Origin: Octopus vulgaris
Taxonomy: Eukaryota
Length of the DNA: 64,000 nucleotides
NCBI GenBank assembly: GCA_951406725.2
Contig: OX597816.1
Span: 26,412,001 to 26,476,000 of the forward strand
Reading direction: 5' to 3'
In this document: positions 56,239 to 64,000 of the stretch, one piece after another
Numbering within the stretch: position 1 is the first letter of the stretch
Layout of the letters: each line of letters opens with the position of its first letter
Notes under the pieces: generated by a model
Told to the model about the DNA's origin: nothing
Seen by the model: the letters and a program-made list of their open reading frames with translations, nothing else
The model's database searches: none
Position numbers and translations under genes: made by a program

Positions 56239-57530
56239 GCGCAAGTATGTATACATATATATGTGCAAGTATGTATATATATATATTTATGTATACATAT
56301 ATATGCTCTTATTCCATTTCCGTTTCTCATATATCTGCGTATACTCTTTTTATTCTTTTACTTGTTTCAGTCATTTGACTGCGGCCATGCAGGAGCACCA
56401 CCTTTAGTCGAACACATCGACCCCGGGACATATTCTTTGAAAGCCTAGTACTTATTTTATCAGTCTCTTTTGCCGAATCGCTAAGTTACGGGGACGTAAA
56501 CACACCAGTATCGGTTGTCAAGCGATGTTGGGGGCACAAACTCAGACACACAAAGACACACATATATATATACATATATACGACGGGCTTCTTTCAGTTT
56601 CCGTCTACCAAATCCACTCACAAAGATTGTCGCGAGATCGATACCCGGCGGTGTTTCGTTTCCTTGAGAAACACACTTTATTTCATGTTCCACCAGTCAG
56701 CTCAGTAGGCAAAAAAGAGATGTACCTGTATTTCAAAGAGCCATCTTTGTCACATTCTGTGTGTCACGCTGAATCTCCCTGAGAACTGCGTTAAGAGTAC
56801 GTGTGTCTGTGGAGTACTCAGCCACTTGCACGTTAATTTCACGAACAGGTTGTTCCGTCAATCGTATCATCTAGAACAGAATACCAGTTTTCTTGTGCGG
56901 GGGGGATGTGTGTGTGTATATATATATTTGTGTGTGTGTTTGTATGTATGTGTATTTATACACGCACATATATACACACACATATACACATACATACGGA
57001 TACTACTGGATTCCTCACAGTCTCCATTTTATTAACTACATCTCACTAACTATCCATCAACCCGAAGCTATTGAGGAAGACACACGCTCAATGTGCCGTG
57101 CAGTCGAATCGAACACAAATCCATCGAAGTTTCAAAAAGAACTTCCTATCGATACGGCTAGACCATCATATTAATATATATGTGTACGTGTACCTGTGAG
57201 TGAGTATACAAGCGTGTATGTATATGTATGCGTGTGTGCGTGTATCTTTCTTTATTCGTAAATATTTTCCCATTAATCATGAAAGCCGTATCTTAGAAAC
57301 AAGCTGTCGTCGATGAATTTCTAAAAGTTTCACACAAAACCGCATAGCAAATTCATTTCTTTTCTGTTTTTATATATTTTTTGTGATTTTTTAGGTTTTT
57401 TTTTTTAGTTTTTATTTCTTTGTTTTTCTTGTTTTTTATTTGTTACACTTATAACGTTTAAGTGATTTTGTATGTCTATCCATAAATGTATGCGTATGCT
57501 TGTATATATGTACGTGCCTTTGTACACGTG

Positions 57531-57571
<41 letters not shown>

Positions 57572-59262
57572 TTGATTGTCTTTGTGTATGTGTATATATA
57601 TATATATATATATATACATATATACACACACACACACAAACATACATACGTTAATTATTTGTGTGTATATATTTATGTGTGTGTGTGTATGTATGTGCTT
57701 ATGTATATGTATACATGTGTATGTGAGGTTTGTATAATGTAAACGAATCCATTAAGGACGGTAACAGTCTGTACAACCTTTTTCGCTTTTTGTCTCTGTC
57801 CGGTTTTAAATGCATATTCACAAATACTTCCACCTACGGTTATTAATCCTGCAAAATGCCCGCCCATCACGTAGACAGTCCGAGTAAATGAGTCGACGAG
57901 GGAAACTTTATCTAGTTGTTTGACCTACAAGAAATAGCACCTATGTTCCATTAAATCACACTCTAACGCCTTTGAGAGGATACGTTAGCTATTATATACC
58001 TGAGTTCGCAGCACATAGAACGAGACGGGACTGTCACGGCTGGCTGGAGTGCCTTTGTTGATAGGTGTGCACGATCATGGGGGATCCAGGCTAAATGATA
58101 TAAAAAAAAATAATAATTAATGTCAACCGATTTCATAACCTTTAGACAGAGAACTATGTAGATGATATGGTTCTGGGCATGCAAACTGTCGGGTTGGTCA
58201 TGATTGGAACGCCTTTTTATATACATACATTCTTTTATTCTTTTATTACACCATCAAGCGAGTGGGCATCAATGTAACCGTTTGACCTACAGGAAACAGT
58301 AACGAACTTGTGTTCTCCTCTTCATCTATCTATAACCATAATTAACGGTAATCCAAGATGGGGAGAGCGTGTACGTGGCCAATCGGGCTGCTAGAAATAG
58401 CACACAAATCTTTCTCAAATACACCCCAGCATCTTTAGGAGCGGAAGGACAAAGTTGATAATAGGTCTAAAAATATGGATGCTTCTGGTCATAAATGTAT
58501 TCGGTCAGATTTGACCTTGGCCGAATCAGCGTCTGTGGTTTTGTTGATAACGTTGCTGTTGTTGTTTAGCCCCGGGTCAGCAGACTTCGAGCAGCCATGG
58601 TCAAGCAGAGCTACGATCAAAACCATAGCTGTCGTGAATTAGAGTTCATCTGTCAAGGGGTTCCATATGCGGTCCTCTGTCAACCATTGTATTCTTCAGT
58701 GAGTTTAAATAGAAGGGCTGCATAATGGAGCTTCAGCGCACAACGAGCCTTTCTTTTTCCTTAGTCTCGCTTCAAGATGGTTCCCACTGTCCGTTTCAAG
58801 CATCCTTTACACATTTTCTCTGCTGGAGAACTGAATAGATATCCGAGCAACTAACACCGGAGTTGTTTCCCCTCCTTCCAACAACCACCACTCCCTCGAT
58901 CTCATCTCAGTTTGTATTATTTTAACTCGTTAATGGTTTTATTTGATTGCTTGAATTCCAAATCGATCTTCTGCCAGAAACAGCGCTGATCTAGCTGGGA
59001 TACCGCGGCAGCTGACATCAGTGTGGAATGAAAAGTTTATTGTAACAAAATGCATTATCTTCATTGGAAACTGTCTCCTGAGGTTTGGATTCAATTTCCT
59101 ATGTTAAGAAATATATTCATTCTATTTAGCACTGAATGCGTCTCTCATTGTTCGTACTAGCCCTGCTAAACTACGATATATGTATGTGTATAATGTGCGT
59201 ATGCATGCAGGGTCGTGTGATTTTATATATGTGTGTGTGTGTGTGCGTGTGTAAATATATAC

Positions 59263-59320
<58 letters not shown>

Positions 59321-59326
59321 GTATAT

Positions 59327-59408
<82 letters not shown>

Positions 59409-60344
59409 TATCAACCGTACCAAAAGTATGTATATGTACTAGTCAGCATACTTATATGTATATGTATGTATGTACGTACGAATATATATATATATATGTG
59501 TTTGTATGTAAATATACATGTGTATGTTTACATTCATTTATCTGAGTATACATAAATGTGTGTGTGTGTGTGTACGTGTATGTGTGTGTCTGTATGTTTG
59601 TGTGAGTGTGTGTGTACTCAATTGCATATTTGCATATCTATATGTGCGTATAGAAACTTAATGCATGCTAACCTTCTGGGATGATTAGTGTTTGTATTTG
59701 GTTTACAAGCTTATTCACGTGAACTCGTGTCTTGGAAACATATTTTGTAGTATCTCTGCTGCCAGTAATAAGTACACGCACTAGTTCTATTTCACTTCAT
59801 TATTTCTTAATTAATCAATTGATTGGTTACACATTTTGACACTGCCTTTGATGGGTCATAGGTACAATCTTCTATTTTGACGTGGTTTTATGACACCCAG
59901 GTAGTCAAGATTAATACTGAGGTTCATAGCTATATGTTCATACTTTTATGATTAACGTAGATGTGCAAAGGTAGCTAGACTGCGATCGAAAGAGAAAATA
60001 CGAAACATGCAATTGTACAAAGTCACTATTCATCTTTTGAGTTACAAATATGTTTTATTGAATATATGAAACGGTTTAAGATACATATCTATAGCAACTA
60101 GGATTGTAAAAAGATTTCATTTAATTTCATATGTATAATTTTTATACACAAACATCAAATATTCTGAAGTATTCCGGCCAACATCGGAATTTCCAGAGGG
60201 TAGTATAAACTATGTCATTTATCAGAAGTTGGTTCTATATGTATGCTTGTATGTATGTATTTATGTATGTGTGTATGTATGCATGTATGTATCTGTCGAT
60301 CTATCTATCTATCTATCTAAGTTATGCAAACATTCATACATACA

Positions 60345-60443
<99 letters not shown>

Positions 60444-60608
60444 ATGTATATATGTATATATATGTGTGTGTGTGTGTGTGTGTTAAATTCATAAGAATCT
60501 TATAAACTATTGAGTGAACGTAAAATAATTCTGTTTTGGGAAAAATTGTTCTCGAAGCGCATCTAATATAGCTAAGTTGAAAAATCCTTCTATACATAAA
60601 TACATATG

Positions 60609-60727
<119 letters not shown>

Positions 60728-60734
60728 CTTTGGT

Positions 60735-60822
<88 letters not shown>

Positions 60823-60824
<2 letters not shown>

Positions 60825-60826
60825 TA

Positions 60827-60864
<38 letters not shown>

Positions 60865-61034
60865 CATATGAAAAATATATGGTCTAATTTCTTTTTCTTT
60901 TTTTCTTTTTTCCTGTCCATTCTCAACGAACCATCACCACTACTACCACCGCTACGACCAACATAAATGAACACTACGAACATTATAACCAATAATAATA
61001 AAAATAACAACATCAACTTCTACGCAAACAACAG
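60823..61034 (+). promoter_or_regulatory. 3' splice region with distant branch point and AG exclusion zone
   Basis: CTAAT at 60884-60888, pyrimidine tract at about 60888-60924, no AG dinucleotide from 60823 to 61032. Confidence 0.6.
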
Positions 61035-61366
61035 TTCGCGGGCCTTCACAGAAAAAGTTCGCTACAAACGCAAAACGCTACAGATGATGTCCCGTCCGTT
61101 AAAACGATGGCTGCAGGAGAACAGTAAAAATCCTTATCCGTCCCGAGCTGTTAAACAGACACTAGCAAAACGTTCACAGATGACGCTCACACAAGTATCA
61201 AACTGGTTCGCCAACATGCGACGACGCCTTAAGAATACTGTTCCATGTAGAGACGGATCTTGGTCGACTCGAATTACAAAGTACAACGACTTCGTGGAGG
61301 GCAACGCAGAACGATTTAGCGATTGGTCGGACGGAGACAGCTGCGACCTCGATGACACAGATACAG
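61035..61366 (+). CDS. Mkx: Internal coding exon of a Mohawk (Mkx)-like TALE-class homeobox gene
   Basis: Translation KVRYKRKTLQMMSRPLKRWLQENSKNPYPSRAVKQTLAKRSQMTLTQVSNWFANMRRRLKNTV has the TALE PYP loop and WFxN helix 3. It is followed by SWSTRITKYNDFVEGNAERFS, matching the Mkx-specific motif SW..RI..YN..V.GNAER.S. Acceptor ACAG at 61031-61034 (phase 2); donor CAG|GTAAGA after 61366 (phase 1). Other exons were not identified. Confidence 0.92.
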
Positions 61367-61440
61367 GTAAGAGACAATAGCTTTTCACCATGTGTGTATC
61401 TATTGTGTGTATGCTTGTTGTGTCTAATAAAATACGCGTC

Positions 61441-61487
<47 letters not shown>

Positions 61488-61521
61488 CCTAGGTCCGTGT
61501 GTGGTTTCCGCTTCATCGGGG

Positions 61522-61556
<35 letters not shown>

Positions 61557-61692
61557 AGGTTTTGTCTATATGCAAACGTATGTATATATGTATATATATA
61601 TATAAATACATTTATACATAATATTTACGTATTATGTACATATTAATATATATATATATATTATATATATATATAATATACTTCATATATAA

Positions 61693-61735
<43 letters not shown>

Positions 61736-61763
61736 GTACATAATATGTACATATATATATATA

Positions 61764-62666
61764 CAGGGTGCGGAAAATGATTTTGACATTTTTCTAGGTT
61801 TAATAAAAGCGAAATAGAGTAAAGAACGAAAAATGGGTACCATTTTGTTTCATTTGATTTTGACAATTAAATCAGTCAATAATTAAATCAGTCAATTAAA
61901 TCAAGTCAAGTTGCTGTCCACACACTGTCGAAAGTTGTCGTGAAAGTTGTCCATAACTCGACGGGTCATTTCATGTGGAATGGCAGCAATTTCTTGACGA
62001 ATGGCATCTTTTTATTGTTCAATAGATCGAGGGTGATGAGTGTATACCTCTGATTCCATGTACCTCCACAGAAAAAAAAATTGCACGGGTTCGAATTAGG
62101 TGATCGGGCGGGCTAACCGATGTCAGCGCGCAATGAGATCAAATGACAGGGGAACATCTCCCTCAAAATCCCCATCGTACGTCGAGAAGTGTGGGCTGTT
62201 GCCCCACCCTGTTGAAACCAAACAGTGTCCCTATCGTCAAGTTCATTCAATTTCGGTTTCAGAAAAGTCTCTAGCATCACACGAGATCGATCAGAGTTTA
62301 CAGTCACTGTAACATTGTCTTCTTCGAAGGAGCACGAACCCCAAATGCCGAATTCTGCTGCCGCAGAATTTCGAGTAGGTACGGATTCATGTCTACCTAA
62401 CCTTAAGTGCATACGGGACGCTCTTCGTGTTGCAGTTACGGATTCGTTGTTCTTCATAAACGTTTCGACAATGAAAGCGCGATGCTCACCCGTTCAGTAC
62501 GTGTTGGCAACTGAAAGCGAAGTGAAATAATATGTTACAAATTGCACCTATTGAAACAACATGGCATTATATGTAGATTTCGAAAATAAAAACATATTTT
62601 TCGTTCTTTACTCAATTTCACTTTTATTAAATCTACAAATGTGTCAGATTATTTTGCCGCACCCTG
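61764..62666 (-). mobile_element. Defective Tc1/mariner-superfamily element, DD41D (rosa/VS) type, in the intron after the Mkx exon
   Basis: ~75-bp imperfect TIRs CAGGGTGCGG.../...CCGCACCCTG with TA flanks. Minus-strand WFQQGGATAHT...LISLRADIG*PARSPNSNPCNFF.LWRYMESEVY has 41 residues between the two mutated catalytic Asp positions; stops and a frameshift are present. Confidence 0.85.
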
Positions 62667-62732
62667 TATTATATATATATATTGTATGTACACATACTAT
62701 ATATATATAAGTATAAAGACATATATATAACA

Positions 62733-62805
<73 letters not shown>

Positions 62806-63325
62806 TAGGATATATATATTCAAATATTAATTAGAAGCGCATTGAGTGTTGTTAACTTAACAATATCAAACACACATACACAAAGTAAGTGCTTTGCTTG
62901 TTCGTCGGTCGGCTGCGATTTGACGCGTTAGAAATGACTCTCTCGAAGAATACCTGTCGATATTGTTCACAATAGTCGAGCTATTTCTAATTCATATTTG
63001 AATGTATTCCTTCGTATGCATACTAGCAGATGATTCTTACACCATTTTAACATATAGCTATGGACAGGGGTTTTCAATTTGCATCAGGTTCGGTTAGGGT
63101 ACATGATGTTGATAAGCCACAAAAATGGTGAAATATCGATGTTCATCGATCCAAGACGGAACTTTGTGTGAGTTGTCTCGCCTGTCCCTGACTGACTTCC
63201 AGGTGTTTTTAACATCCGGCACTTTGAGAGTCTTCTCCAACGCCTAAAATCGCAGCCGGCCGACGAACTAGCAACGCACTTTCATTGTATATGTGTGTAC
63301 GGTATTGTTTATATGTGTGTGTCTG

Positions 63326-63468
<143 letters not shown>

Positions 63469-64000
63469 AGTGTGCATAACATGTGTTTGGTGCGGCTGTA
63501 TAATCTATCAGGAGCTAAAACTTAACAAAATCAATAGTGACCTCTCTTTTCCCTGCCAAATTTCCGTCCAAATATCAGACTCACTGGGTAACAGTTTGTG
63601 AAGTTTTAACTTCGGCTAAATAATATAACTTTATTTTTAGTATAGAATACATTCCTTCTTGTTTATATATCTCTTTCTCCATTTCTCTCTCTTTCTTTCT
63701 CTTTTTTTCTCCCATCCTGTTATATTTATTGGATAAAAAATCACACAAATAAAAATGAATGTGAATATAAGACAAGTAGGAAACAAACAAGCAAGAAATA
63801 TAATACAAGCTGAAAAGGCATACAATTGTGAAATCAACGAACAACAATGAAAGAAGTGTAAAATGAAAATAACCAGACCAATTAAAGAAACAAAAGACAA
63901 TCTAACGTTTCATGTTACACGCTTTATCTAAAAGAAGTAAAAGTAATAAGAGATCAAGAGAAAAAGGAGAAGAAACGGTACCAAAAGTTCGACGTCTGTT

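Noticed and set aside
58630-58900. Possible LINE remnant on the minus strand
   Set aside because: Too degenerate to support a motif-based call by eye.
60967-61034. Asn-rich N-terminus of the homeobox ORF
   Set aside because: Probably intronic AG-exclusion zone upstream of the acceptor at 61034.

Overview
Eukaryotic, very repeat-rich genomic DNA. The SINE families and the dense (TA)n/(CA)n/(TACA)n/(GATA)n microsatellites are characteristic of Octopus (recognised from memory, not searched). Almost all ORFs in the track are microsatellite or SINE read-through. The one convincing cellular coding segment is a + strand exon (about 61035-61366) encoding a Mohawk (Mkx)-type TALE homeodomain plus the Mkx-specific downstream motif; its 3' splice site has a distant-branch-point layout. 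The rest contains several tRNA-derived SINE families (tandem, nested, inverted), mariner, DD41D and hAT remnants, and RTE LINE remnants. The main unannotated signal is a set of at least 5 unrelated short elements, mostly next to (TA)n tracts and three with fold-back architecture, that carry type I hammerhead ribozyme motifs with palindromic stem III as in Penelope-like elements; one is a ~0.95 kb palindrome. There are also a K50-homeodomain (TAATCC) site cluster and an inverted duplicated motif-rich module, both candidate enhancers. Repeat boundaries were placed by eye and are approximate.
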